DNA of 64,000 nucleotides, taken from Octopus vulgaris (taxonomy: Eukaryota). Both the position numbers and the translations under genes were made by a program. The notes under the pieces were generated by a model. It was not told the origin of the DNA and made no database searches. It saw only the letters and a program-made list of their open reading frames with translations. Positions 1 through 12,760 of the stretch are shown here, one piece after another. Position 1 is the stretch's first letter. Every line of letters begins with the position of its first letter. Where the stretch lies: assembly GCA_951406725.2 (NCBI GenBank), contig OX597814.1, positions 97,836,001 to 97,900,000 on the forward strand, in the 5' to 3' direction.

Positions 1-476
1 AGGCTGATAGAATAAGTACCAGACTTCAAAATAACTATTAGATTTGATTTGACTAAACCCCTTCAAGGAGGTGGCCCAGCTTGGCTGCAGTCCAATGAAT
101 GAAACAAGTAAATGATAGAGGATAGAAAGAGATAGTGTGTGTGTGTGTGTGAGAACATTGTCATTGGTGGCATTAATTTATATCTGAGTAGTTGATCTGC
201 AGTGAGTGGTTGAGCCTCTTCAATCTGATGGGTGCATAGAGTGCTGGTGCCTGAGGTAGCCATTCAAGCCAAGAGTAGAATAGAAGGATATGTGAGGACA
301 TGCATCTTATGAAAATAGCAAAGGATTAATAGAAGTCAAGTCAATTTAATCCAGATTCAAAATATAAATTAGCAACGGACAAATTGCTTGTTTTCCTTTT
401 ACTCTTTTTCATTTCATTTTGTTCTTTTTTACTGATTTATTTATATATTTATTTATTTTTTTGTTGGAAATTACAG

Positions 477-604
477 ATTCTGATAAATCTCGAATACAAC
501 AAATGAAAGCAGAGTTAAAGGATTTACGAGATTTAGTTTACAAATTAAACAGAGAACTGAGTAAATATCAAGCGAAATTTGGTTGTGCTGAAGTCCTAAT
601 AGAA
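477..604 (+). CDS. CEP89: CEP89 coding exon (DSDKSRIQQMKAELKDLRDLVYKLNRELSKYQAKFGCAEVLIE)
   Basis: ttacag acceptor at 471-476, gtaaat donor at 605; coiled-coil peptide inside ORF 419..646. Confidence 0.85.
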
Positions 605-2310
605 GTAAATTTATATTCATATTTGCATATTACATCTCAAGCTTAAATTTTCTATAACATATATTCTTTTATTCTTTTACTTGTTTCTGTCATGTGATTG
701 TGGCTATGCTGGAATGCCACCTGTGTTTATCATTAAAAAATCCCATGTACGAAAATAATTGAAAAGAATAAAAAAAACTATAATTTGTCCAACCCGTGCT
801 AGCGCGGAAAACGGACGTTAAACGATGATGATGATGATGATGATGATGATGATAGTCATATTAGTAGACATGTTTATTTAAATAATTACTATTTTATTTA
901 ATTATGACTAAACTATTTAATTGATCTTACATCCCTTGATAATAATGGAGGGTCCTGAATTGTCAGTTTCCATACCAATTCAGTGACCGAGACAACATCA
1001 CCCCACCCACACACCTGAACGGGGTCATCAGAGTGAACTGGAACAAAGTGAAATGAAGCGTTTTGCTCCAGACTCGCAACACAGTCTCAGACACAAAACC
1101 ACGATCTTGCAAGTGCAGCACCTTTATCCACGAGACCAGGTACCATCATACATATAGATGTACATATGATGGCAAACGGAACAGTTTGTAGGACTTTCTG
1201 AATGGCATGCCTCATGAAAACTTACCATGAATTCTTTTAGTAGTGTGACCTTGTGTGATGAAGATACATGTCCCATGTGGTCCACTTCTCACTAGTGTAG
1301 CTGAACTGCTAAGTTACAGGGACATAAGCGAACCAACACCAGTGTTGGGGGACAGAGAGAAAGACACACACATTAAACATGCCACACACACATATGCATA
1401 TGTGACAGGCTTCTTTCAGTTTCTATCTACCAAATCTACTCACAAGGCTTTGGTTGGCTTGGGGCCATTGTAGAAAACACTTGCTCAAGGTACCATACAC
1501 TGGGATTGAAACCAGATCCATGTGGTTGGGAAGCAAGCTTCTTACCACATAATCATGCCTGTGTCTGTGAGTAACACCTGTACCTATGTTTGTCTTAATT
1601 ACAAAGATCTTTTGTTTCTTTGACATAGTTGCTAGTCTGTGGCCAGCACTGTGAAAACAGCTGTTTTATAAACAATGTAAACAATAATTTTATATTATGT
1701 AATTGCTATAACCAGCATTACAACTTTGGAGTTAATCCAATATACCAAATGAAGCTTGCTTTGCAACCATTTTAGGGTTCGGTCCCAATGTGCAACACCT
1801 TGGGCAAGTGTCTTTTACTATAGCCCTGGGCCAACCAACCCCTTAGGAGTGAATTTTGTAGATGCAAACTGTTAGGTAACTTGTTGTGTATGGGAGGAGG
1901 ATGTGTATTTGTGTTTGTCCCTCATTACCATTTGACAGCTAGGATTGATTTTTTTGACTAAACCCTTCAAGGTGGTGCCCCTTGTGTGATCATAGTCCAA
2001 TGACTGAAACAAGTAAAAGAGGAAAGAAAAGATAAAAAATAAATATTTGAAAGTGGAATGGCAATTGGAAAATGAACATAGTGTGAATGACAGTTTTTTT
2101 TTTTTTAAATATGTTGCAAGAAGAAATTATTGAAGATTCTATGATAAAATAATTTTGTATAACAACAGAGCAGTTGATTTTTTATCAAGGAAGTACTCAT
2201 ATGACTTCAAATTTCTTGAATTTTTATATGAATATCTTGCTAATTATCATTAATTATTTAGTATAAAATGAATGATAGAATGAGTATCATCAATATTTCA
2301 AAGGCCATTA

Positions 2311-2750
2311 AAGCAGTGAGCTGGCAAAAATCATTAGCACACCGGGCAAAATGCTTAGTGGCATTTCAGTTGTCTCTGCGTTCTGAGTTCAAATTCCACT
2401 GAGGTTGATTTTGCTTTTTGTCCTTTTGGGGTCGATAAAATAAGTACAAGTTGAGCACTGAGGGCAATGTAATCAACTTACCCCCTCCCCCAAACTTGTT
2501 GGCCATGTGCCAAAATTTGAAACCATTATTATTATTATGGTAGTGAGCTGGCAGAATTGTTAGCACACTGGGCGAAATGCTTAGCGGTATTTCATCTGTC
2601 TTTATATTCTGAATTCAAATTCCGCCGAGGTCAACATTGCTTTTCATCCTTTCAGTTGATAAATTAAGTTACCAGTTGTGTACTGTGGCCAACCTAATCG
2701 ACTGGCCCCGCTTCCCCCAAATTTCAGGTCTTCTGTCTATAGCAGAAAGG
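2311..2750 (+). mobile_element. Two tandem tRNA-derived SINE copies (family A)
   Basis: GAGCTGGCAGAA...GAGTTCAAATTCC B-box, followed by a GCCTTTCATCC...GTCGATAAA..AGTACCAG-like central domain, present twice. Confidence 0.8.
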
Positions 2751-2770
2751 ATTATTATTATTATTATTAT

Positions 2771-3328
2771 TGAGTGAGAGAGCAGTGCATGCCATCAAAG
2801 TGACACTGGGGTAAAATATATGAAGCCCAATATACCCATCATGACTACCCGTCTGATAAGGGTACACCAGGCACATGCATCACAACCATATGTGCGCAAC
2901 ATGGTGATCTCATATCAAGATAAACAGCACATGACCTTGCAGGTGGGGCCCAGTTAGAATTTTCTTCAGGTTGAGTAGCCCATCCCGCTCAAAAGGTCCC
3001 TGAATAAGGGTTGTTTAAGGATGTTGAAAGAACCACCCATGTTTCCAGAGGTGAATTATTCAAACCCCAAAGAATCCCTCTCAACACATGGCTATGATGC
3101 TCCCCCACTACTTCTGCTCATGATCAGAGATGCACATATCGTCAGCCACTAAGGGACATGCTCAACTGGTTAAGATCAAACAACTGACAAGCAAATCTGT
3201 GGTATTGAGTAGAATATTTGCTGTAGCCCATCTTTTATACCAAGACAAAACAATGTAATGATAACACTTCCAATCAGTTAAGATCAGAAGCCATGAGAGC
3301 CTCTGCCTGGTACTGCATCAGGGCATTT
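2771..3328. repeat. ~560-bp interspersed repeat embedded in (ATT)n
   Basis: Flanked on both sides by ATT repeats; partial copies at ~15175-15340 (inverted) and ~19725-19857. Confidence 0.7.
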
Positions 3329-3347
3329 ATTATTATTATTATTTATT

Positions 3348-3385
<38 letters not shown>

Positions 3386-3500
3386 TATCATCATCATCAT
3401 AACCACCACCACCACCACAACCACCATCACCACCACCACCACCACCACCACCACAACCACCATCACCACCACCACCACCACCATCATCATAATCATCATC
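3329..3500. repeat. Compound (ATT)n/(CAT)n/(CAC)n microsatellite
   Basis: Directly visible; source of the poly-His and poly-Met/Val pseudo-ORFs. Confidence 0.95.
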
Positions 3501-4599
3501 GAGATTCTGTACAAAGTAGTAACTGATACCTTATCAATTGGAAATATCTGCTAGTTTTCCTATGGTATATATTATTAATATATGAATTTTGGAATAATAT
3601 GAGAAAAGCAAAGCTAAATTTTTTTACAGAATTAATTGTTAAAAATGAAACTTATGTTTGCTTTATTTATCCTTAGTTACTACTCTTTCAGATGAAAAAA
3701 ATTGAAGCAGCTAGGTCTGACTGATCAGAAGTTATGAATGATTGAAAATTGAGGTTATTTAAAGCCACAATTGTAGCTTAACACAATCTTATGAAAAATT
3801 GCAATATTGACTTTTAGTAGGAAATCAGATTTTTCAGGGAAGAGAAATAAAGAATTTAGGATTTATTTTGCCTTTTAAAAACAGCTTGTTAGGTAAATGA
3901 ATTGACTTTAACTAAAATCATTCATCAAAAGAAAAGCTAAACTCATGAAAAATGATTGGGAAGTCATCATCATCATCATCATCATCTTTTAACATCTGTT
4001 TTCCATGCTGGTATGGGTTGGACAGTTTGACTGAGGTCTGGAGAGCCAGTGGCTGCACCAGGCTCCAATCTGATCTGGCAATGTTTCTACAGCTGGATGC
4101 CCTTCCTAATGCCAATCACTCAGATTGTGTAGTGGGTGCTTTTTACGTACCACCAGCACAGGAGTCAGTCAGGTGGGCCTGGCATCAATCACGTTCAGAT
4201 AGTGCTTTTTATGTGCCACCGGCACAGGGGCCAGTCAGGGTACTGGCATTGGCCGCGTTCAGTTGGTGCTTTTTATGTGCCAGTAGCATATTTGATAATT
4301 AGCAGCATATGTAGTAAGTGGTACGATCCTTTTCTGGACATACTTGCATACTCTTGCTCTATTATATTAAGTTTATGGCTTTCTGTCTCAAAAAATAATA
4401 ATAATAGGTCAGTATTTTAAATCAACTTTTCAAATTAAGAGGCAAAACACTAGCACTCATGCACCCCCCCCAAACACTTGTGCAAACACATATGCACATC
4501 TTCAAACATTAAAACCAGGTAAAACTTAATAAAAAAATATTTTCATTTATTTATTTTTGAAGTTGATTATGTGTTGTTGTTGTTGTTGTTTTTATCTAG

Positions 4600-4650
4600 G
4601 GTCACAACATTGTTGGCTTACCAAATGAAGGTCCAATTCCATCGTGGCTT
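4600..4650 (+). CDS. CEP89: CEP89 coding exon (GHNIVGLPNEGPIPSWL)
   Basis: tctag acceptor, gtgagt donor, phase 0/0; conserved GLPxxGPIPxWL motif. Confidence 0.9.
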
Positions 4651-5293
4651 GTGAGTAAGAAACTGCATTAAATTTTCCTTTCTTTGTTGTTAAATTTTTG
4701 GAAAACAAAATCTTAAGGACAGGCAGACCTCAGTCAGAGATGGAGTAGAGTGGGCATGTCATTGATGAGGTTGTGATTGGTAATGAAAGGACTTTGACAA
4801 ACGTAGCTGATGGATTGATTGACCAAACAATTGATCAACTACATCGAATGGTTAATTGGTATATGATTAACCAATTGACTTACAACAATAAAGAAGTGAA
4901 ATTGAACCAGTGCATGTGATTACTATTTGCATAATGACTGTCTCAAGACATCTTAAGTTTATAGTAGAATAATAATGATTCTTTTTTACTGTTATTCTAT
5001 ACCTGAATTAAAAGATATGATTAGAGTTTCTGAAATTGTTTCAATTTTGAGCTTGTTTGATTTCTCTATGCTGTTAAAATCAAACAGTTGCAGTTAAGGT
5101 AGAAATAAAAACTGTATTTGAAGACTAAATGCCATGAAAACTAGCATACTTTTCTAATTAAAATCAAGTTATTTTCTATATATAGAACTGTCTAGAATGA
5201 AATAGTGATAAAAGCATTGCATAGACTGGCCAGTATTAGATGTTTATCATCTTATTTCAAATATTGATTGGTAATTATTTTCTTCCTTTTCAG

Positions 5294-5377
5294 ATTAGTA
5301 CCAAATACTTGTCACCTTTAATATTTGAATATGAAAAACAAACAAATCAACAAGAAAAGAATATTGCAACATACAAA
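5294..5377 (+). CDS. CEP89: CEP89 coding exon (ISTKYLSPLIFEYEKQTNQQEKNIATYK)
   Basis: pyrimidine tract + cag acceptor, gtaaat donor; conserved KYLSPL..YE motif. Confidence 0.9.
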
Positions 5378-5700
5378 GTAAATTTTTAGATAAGTATCAA
5401 TTTTGAAGATGATATTGCCTGTGATATTATATGATTTATTCTATAGCAAACGTTACTTTATATTTTTAGAAAATTTATATTTTAGAAACTATGTAGCAGC
5501 CTCAAGCAACTAAGTTACAAGCTAAGCACCAGCCTATCTTCATAGTTAAGGGAATTTAATTATTAAATTCCAGGCAGACTACAAGGGTTTAGCTCAACAT
5601 GTATATGCAATAAAATAAAGAAATAAATTATGTTAATGGCAAAAAGTTTTGAATAAATCTGATGAAATTCTCCTGTCATTATGTCCACTCCTTCAGAGCG

Positions 5701-8700
5701 TGTTGTATGAGAGTATGACACCCTCTGATGAGAATAGACCGGCCCTCTACATATAAATAGTAGCAGTCTGATGTAGTTGACTGTTTGTAGTTTGGTTTTC
5801 GATGTCCGGGTACAGTTTACGGTTCAAGTTAGTGTGTTGGAAATATTGCTTATTGGTTCGTAAAAGATTGTTGGTTTATTACGTGTTTGTTACTGCCACT
5901 GTTCCCATTTTTTATTTTTATAACACTCTTACAGTGTATTCTTTAACTATCGTTGACAACATCAACCATACTATAATATTGGAGGTGTAAAGATATAACA
6001 TCTGGCGACAAGGATTTTTTGAAGTTCATGTAGGTTATTTGACAATTTGTGCATCATCCAAATTTGTTTGACAATTTGTGTGTCATACAAATTAGTATGA
6101 CACACAATTTGTTAAATTATGGAGAACCTATTAGCTGTAGTAATGAAGCTTCAAGAGAAGCAACAGGAACAACTACAGAAGTTGCAGAAGCAAATATTGC
6201 AACAATAACAACAGTTAATTGAGATACAGTCAAGGAAGTTCAAAACTTCGGTAAACTCAATTTCTGAATTCACTTATAATTCAGAGGAGGGTATTACATT
6301 TCCTGTGTACTATCGAAGGTAGGAGGAAAATTTTAACAAAGATTGCTAGTCATGGTTGGATGAGGAGAAAGTGAGGCTATTACTACACAAGGTAGCTCTG
6401 GCCAAGCATGACTGCTACTGTAACTTTATATTGCTCAAAAAGTCAAGTGAGATTAGTTTCCAAGAAACTATTGAATTACTATCAAAGATCTTTTGTGACA
6501 AAAGTTCATCATTTAACACTTGAATGGAGTGTTGGAACTTAAGCAAACATGATGATGATGACTTTGTTATATATGCTGGAGTAGTCAACTGTATGTGTGA
6601 AAACTTGAAACTTCATGAACTTACTCAGGATATCTTTAAATCCCTTATCTTCATACAAGGCCTTATGGCAACCGAAGATAGAGAAATTCAGGCAAAGATT
6701 CTCTCAAAAATAGAGCAAGCGAACCAAGACTTAATTCTACAGACCATTGCAGATGAATGTCAAACAATAGTAAACCTGAAGCATGACGTGAAAAAATTCA
6801 AGAGAAAGATTCCACAAAAATACAGATATGTCGTCCTGGAAAGTATAACCAAAAAAGAGTGCCAGGCCCCAATCCATGTTACAGATGTGGAGGCCTACAC
6901 TTCAGAAAAAAATGTCCATTTAAAAACTAAAAATGCTATAATTATCATAACTTGGTCACAAGAGCTTGCACAGTGGATGAAGTTTACAAGGGTCAAACAC
7001 AAAAAGCTCTAAGGTACTTTCAGCAGAAAGTGAATGCAACACAAAAGCAAGAAAATTTGTATGCATAAAAATAAATAGTGTAAATATTAAACTACGGTTG
7101 AAAACAGGTAGTAATATTTCAATCATAAATGCGGACACATGGAGAAAAATCAAGGAACTGATGTTACATAAAACAGCGAAAATTGCGTGTGGCTTGACAG
7201 GTGATAAATTACATTTCATGAGTGAATTGTATACAGACATCACATTTCGAGGAGAAACACATGAAGCAAAAATATTCATTGTGGAGAACATAATAAATAT
7301 GTTTGGTACAGACTGGTTGGAGCTATTTGACTTATGGCACCTCCCCATAAGTCTCTACTGCAAAAACATAAATGGTTGTCCTATTAAAAATAAATCGTCT
7401 GTGGAATTAAAGAGAAAAACTATAGTCAGATAGAAAAAGAAACCCTATCAATTATCTTTGTGATGAAAAAATTTCACAATTTTCTACATGGTAGAAGTTT
7501 TCTGTTACACACAGATCATTGACCATTGGTATCAATTTATGGATCAAAGAAAGGGTTACCTACCCATACAGCAAACCAACTACAATGTTGGGGTATAATA
7601 TTACTAAATTACAATTTCAAAATGTAGTATATTCCATTGAAAAAACTGGTTGTGCAGACTGTCTATCGAGATTAATTCCCAAAAATACAGAACCACCAGA
7701 AGACACCATGATGGCTGCAATGCTAGCAGAAAATGAAATAAAAATTATTATGACTAATGTTATCCAAGAACTGCCAATGACTGCATAGGATATAAAATTG
7801 AAATTTGTAAGTGATGAGTATATTACAAAAATGAAAGAAGCTTTAAAAAATAAGCAGAATAAAAATACAAATTCAAGTAGTCTCTCAATATGTGACAATA
7901 TTCTGATGTATGCGCAAAGAGTTGTAGTATTGACTACATTACAAAAACGTATATTGCAGCGATTCCACAGCAGAAACCTGGGAATATCCTGAATGAAAGC
8001 TCTGATGAGGAGCTATGTCTATTGGCCAACTATGGACTGGTGTATGGAAAATTTGGCGAGAACTTGTCAAGGTTGCGTGCTTGCAGCCAAAACCCTGTCT
8101 GTAAAAAATCAATTGTGGTCAAAGACTGAGAACCCACGGTCTAGGTTACATATCGACTATGCCAGACCGGTGAACAGTGATTACTATCTAATCATGGTAG
8201 ATAGCTGTACAAAGTGGCCAATTGACCAACTTCTAAGACAATTATAAAGTTCCTATATGAATTGTTTGCATGAAACGGTGTTCCAGACACATTAGTTTCT
8301 GATAATGGAATGCAATTCTCTGGGTATGAATTCAAGAACTTCTGTAAGATGCATGTAATAAAGCATATTTTCACTCCACTCTACCACCTGAAGTCAAATG
8401 GGCAGGTAGAAAAATTCATGGACATGTTCAAAAGAGTGTTAAGAAAAGCTAGGAATGAATTAAGTTAAGATGAAGCACTAACAAAATTCCTAAGGATATA
8501 TATATAGTGTAACCCCCAATCCAAGTACAAATTTAGGAAAGTCACCTACAGAGTTGATGTCCATGAGAAGAATAAAATCGATTTTTGATAAGTTATTGCC
8601 AGAGAAAAAGGGATGTAAAGTAAATACAAAAAATGCAACAAAATATTTCAAAGTGGATTTTAAAACCTACAGAAATGGTAAACAAGGCTGGGAGGATGGC

Positions 8701-9258
8701 CTTGTAACCAACAAAATAGGAAGTATGATGTATCTAATTAAAGGACCATGCTGGGAACATGATTCACATAAATCAGCTAAAGAAGAGACATATCGAAGAA
8801 TGGACAGAAATTCCTATGGAAATATTTTTTTATGTATTCAATGTCCCAGCACTGAAAGCAACAGAGTCCCATAGAACCAGCACAAGAAAACGGAAGCAGA
8901 CTGAATACCTTGAGATAAGGCCCAAGTGAAAAAGATACTAAAAAATAATAATAATAAATAAAATTTCTTTATTCCTTTAGAACTCGAAATCTCAAAAGGG
9001 GAGCTCTTGTGCAAGAGTACGACACTCTCTGATGAGAATAGACGGGACCACTACATATAAACAGTAACAGTCTGATGTAGTCGGCAGCTTGTAGTTTGGT
9101 CTTTGAAGTCCATTTACAGTTTACAATTTGAGTTAGTGTGTTGGAAATATTGATTGTTGGTTCATTATATGTTTTTTACTGCTGCTGTTTCCATTTTGTA
9201 TTGTTATAACACTGTTATAGTGTATTCTTTATCTATCATTGACAATATTAACCATACA
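5701..9258 (+). mobile_element. Degenerate Gypsy/Ty3 (K02A2.6-like) LTR retrotransposon with internal RT deletion
   Basis: 5' LTR 5701-6000 (TGTTGTAT...ATATAACA); PBS-like TGGCGACAAGG at 6003; gag with Zn knuckle CYRCGGLHFRKKC (~6875-6920); protease-like LKTGSNISII (7098); RNase H C-terminus ([11 protein letters not shown]...LHTDH, ~7425-7520); integrase (YVYWP..CQGC, LHIDYA, VSDNGMQF, SNGQVE); PPT AAAAGGGGAG at 8994-9003; 3' LTR 9005-9258. Many stops and frameshifts. Confidence 0.9.
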
Positions 9259-9316
9259 TCATCATCATCATCATTCTTATTCTTAATCTTCTTCTTCTTA
9301 TTATTATGTCTTTTAG

Positions 9317-9426
9317 GAAGAAATTGAACATTTATCAAAGAGATGCAAAGAATTAGTTGGTGAGAGCGATTTATTACATGAGAAGCTAGATAAATTGACA
9401 TCTGGAAGCAGCAAAGTTTTTGAAAG
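9317..9426 (+). CDS. CEP89: CEP89 coding exon (EEIEHLSKRCKELVGESDLLHEKLDKLTSGSSKVFER)
   Basis: ttttag acceptor, AG|gtttct donor; phase 0/2 fits both neighbours. Confidence 0.8.
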
Positions 9427-9520
9427 GTTTCTTTAATCATTTAGTCATCCAAAACTAAAACTGAAAATTTAATTTGATGTGAAAAGAGATGTTATTTTCT
9501 TTAAAGAATTAAATGGGTTC

Positions 9521-9734
9521 GGATGCTGAAAAGTTCCTGGCTTTAAGGGTCTTGCGAAAGGTGTGGTTGGAGGCCCAACCTTCTGATTTCTCTTACAAGG
9601 CTTAGAAAAACTGAAGGATTGCTGCAATAAGTGTGTGAATCTGAGAGGAGAATATGTTGAGTAAATTCATAATTAACTGATCCTCCTGTATTTTCTTTTG
9701 CCCAAAGCCAGGAACTTTTCAGCACCCCCTCATA
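9521..9734 (+). mobile_element. Mariner-derived MITE
   Basis: TIRs GGATGCTGAAAAGTTCCTGGCTTT / AAAGCCAGGAACTTTTCAGCACC; internal 9599-9664 reads GLEKLKDCCNKCVNLRGEYVE*, like a mariner transposase C-terminus. Confidence 0.75.
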
Positions 9735-10077
9735 TAATATTTTTTTAAAGATCACTTTGTAATTATACAATTAATGTGTTACTTCATTCATTGTTATTAT
9801 AGTATAACTAATGTATAGGGGAGTTTAAAAAATCTTAAACTAGTTTACAGCAAAATATTTTTCACTTTAAATGGTAAACAGCTGGAAATATATTGTCGAG
9901 GATTATGTACTAGGGGGCTACTAAGCATTGAAATATTAAAGACACATTCATTCATTTGTTCATTCATTCATTCATTTTGTTCTTAGTAGTTTAATAAAAT
10001 GCATAATTTTTTGAATTGGTTCTCTCTGAAGATTTCAAGATGTTAACATTTTATAACTATGTAAAATATCTTTACAG

Positions 10078-10193
10078 ATCATTAGCTGAACAGCAGCTTG
10101 ATTTGATCAAAGAAGAAAATCACATTTTACTCGAACAATTAAAGAATGAAAGACTGAATACGAACAATACTTCCACCAAATTTTCTCATGAAT
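10078..10193 (+). CDS. CEP89: CEP89 coding exon (SLAEQQLDLIKEENHILLEQLKNERLNTNNTSTKFSHE)
   Basis: tttacag acceptor, gtaatt donor, phase 2/1; EENxxLLEQL motif. Confidence 0.85.
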
Positions 10194-12192
10194 GTAATTA
10201 TGATTCACTTTTACATGTTCAAATTTGTTCTCATTAGTGGTTTTTTATAATAAATATTGAGGGAGCGAGGCATTTGCTGTTAGTCTGCAAAATATATATT
10301 TATTTGTATCAATATAAGAGAGAGGAAAGGCATCGAGCTGACAGAGTTGTTAGCCTTCCAGACAAAATGCCCAGTGGCATTTTGTTCATCTTTACATTCT
10401 TTCTTCAAATTCTGCCAAGATTGACTTTGCCTTTCATCCCTTTTGGGGTTAATAAATAATGACCAGTTGAACATTGGGGTTGATGTAACTGACTTAACCC
10501 CACCCTTGAACTTGCTCACCTTGTGCCAAAATCTGAGATGAATATTAAGTGAGAGAGAGATAAAAGTTTAAACATTAAAAATGCATGCTCTTATTCTTTT
10601 CTTTGTTTCAGTCACTGGATTGCAACCATGTAGGGGCACCACCTTAAAGGGTTTAACTGATCAGACTGATCCCACTATTTACTTTTCTTATGTCTAGTAT
10701 TTATTCTATTGGTCTCTTTTGCCAAACTGCTAAGTTTTGGAGATGTGAACAAGCCAACACCAGTTGTCAAGTAGTGGGCAGGGGACAAACACAAAGAACA
10801 CACACACACACACTCACTCACACAAATATACAATAGACTTCCATCCTGTTTTGGTCTACTAAATTCACATTGATAGAGAAGTTAATCTTAATGACGAAAA
10901 ATACCCGAGCCTGAGAGCTGCATAGCAGATGTGAAGTTTGGTGTATTGGTCTTCATTCAATGAATCATCTTCTTTTGGTGAATCTACATGACACAGTCTG
11001 CTTGGAAGAGCCTCTTCAGTCAACAGTCAATTTAGGATCAACTAATCCAGTCAGTGAATTACTGCTAGGTGATAGAACTGGCGATTCATCAACTCACTTA
11101 AGCTACTTGAAAACACTATGGAGTCCTGGAACCTCATAGTGTTACCAATTGAAATTAGATGACTAGTAGTCATAAATTCACACACAAGACATTAGTTGCC
11201 CCAGGGTTATAACAGAAGATATTCTCCAAGGTTCTGTGCATTGGAACTGAACGTGAAACCATATGGCTGTAAAGCAAGCTTCTGAACACCACAGCCATGC
11301 CTGTGCCTATAAAGCATGTCAAATAATTATATGGTAAATGGAAAATAAAACAAAAATGTAAAGAATTTTTTTAATGAAATACAGAAGGTATTTAAATTTT
11401 TAGAATTACTATCAATTTACTATAAATAGTAAATTTATGAATAAATCTTGTAGTTACTAAGTCAGTGACACAAGTCTCAGTTCCTGACTTGAATCATCTT
11501 GATATGTTAAGTACTGATTGTTTCATATATATATATATATACACACATGCACACACACTTACACACACACACACACACACACACACGTATGTGAATAATC
11601 ATTCATGTTATGTCATCTATGTGATTCAGTGATAGTATATACTGTCATTATATTTATGATTAAAGTGTATATCAAGAGGAGACTTATAATTAAATAATTT
11701 TATATGTTCAAATTACTGTATAATGTGTCTATCAGCAACATATTTTTCATACTTCAGAGTTGTCCTTGTTTAGAAAGTGACTTGATATGAGACAAAGTGT
11801 TGAAATTGAATAATCTACATCACAGAAGAGCCTTTTTAATTATCTAAAAACATACAAAAATTGTTAGATTAACTTTTCTTTTTTTTCTTGAGGTGTCAAA
11901 ATTTTCATTGCTTAGTTGTGACTTAATCACTGACATAGATCTCCTGTGAACAATTTTTACTCATAGTTCAGTTTGTCATGTAAATACAGAATAAATACAG
12001 CTATTAAGAGAGTTAAGAAGGGATAGGATGAAGGTTGTTGTCAAAGCTGTGACATAAAAAAATAAAACTTGAGAACGAATAACTGTTTCTCTTTGTTTTG
12101 TTATTCAAATTGCTTCACTATTATACCTTATTTATTGTGATGATGTTCTAAGATGTTTTAATTTTCTTCCTAAATTCTTAATAAAAATGTAG

Positions 12193-12373
12193 TACATGAG
12201 TTGAATGAACAGCTAAAACTGAAAAATGAGTTTGTAACCAAGTTAGAGCTGGGACTCAAAGAAGAAAAGGCCAAAACACGTGACTTGAAATATAATTTAG
12301 ATCAAATGAAATCCAAAGATAATACCAAGATTCAATTTGTGGAACACCAGCATAGTTTAGAAAAATTACAAAA
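12193..12373 (+). CDS. CEP89: CEP89 coding exon (LHELNEQLKLKNEFVTKLELGLKEEKAKTRDLKYNLDQMKSKDNTKIQFVEHQHSLEKLQK)
   Basis: tgtag acceptor, gtaagt donor, phase 1/2; open coiled-coil frame. Confidence 0.8.
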
Positions 12374-12511
12374 GTAAGTAAAAAGCCATAAAAATTATTG
12401 CTACTTCTTTTATAAAAAAGTAAAATGAGAGGAAATATAAATGGCTTAATCCTAAAACTGGAGAAATTTTAGTAGTTTTCTGAAGAAACTTGTAAAAGCA
12501 GGGTGGGGAGT

Positions 12512-12760
12512 GGAGCTGCATGGCTTAGTGGTTAGGATGTTAGACCCATGATCATAAAATTATGGATTTGGTTCCTGGACTGGGCAACGCATTGTGTTCT
12601 AGAGCAAAGCACTTCACTTCATGTTGCTCCAGTCCACTCGGCTGGCAAAAAGGAGTAATCCTGTGATGGACTGGTATCCTGTCCAGCTGTGGAATTTATA
12701 TGCTTTGGGAACCGGGACCAGCCTTAATGAATTGGCATGACTTGAAAATGTAACTTTACT
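12512..12760 (+). mobile_element. tRNA-derived SINE (family D); inverted partner at ~13010-13260, other copies at 61540-61790 and ~960-1140
   Basis: A-box TGGCTTAGTGG and B-box-like segment, then TTGAGCAAAxCACTT and GATGGACTGGxATCCxGTCCAG. Confidence 0.75.

Noticed and set aside
3284-3526. Poly-His and poly-Met/Val ORFs (also 19071-19457)
   Set aside because: Translations of (CAT)n/(CAC)n microsatellites
5725-5745. CTGATGA in both Gypsy LTRs (also at ~28779 and ~33773) as hammerhead or C/D-box cores
   Set aside because: No stem II followed by GAAA, and no partner box or terminal stem
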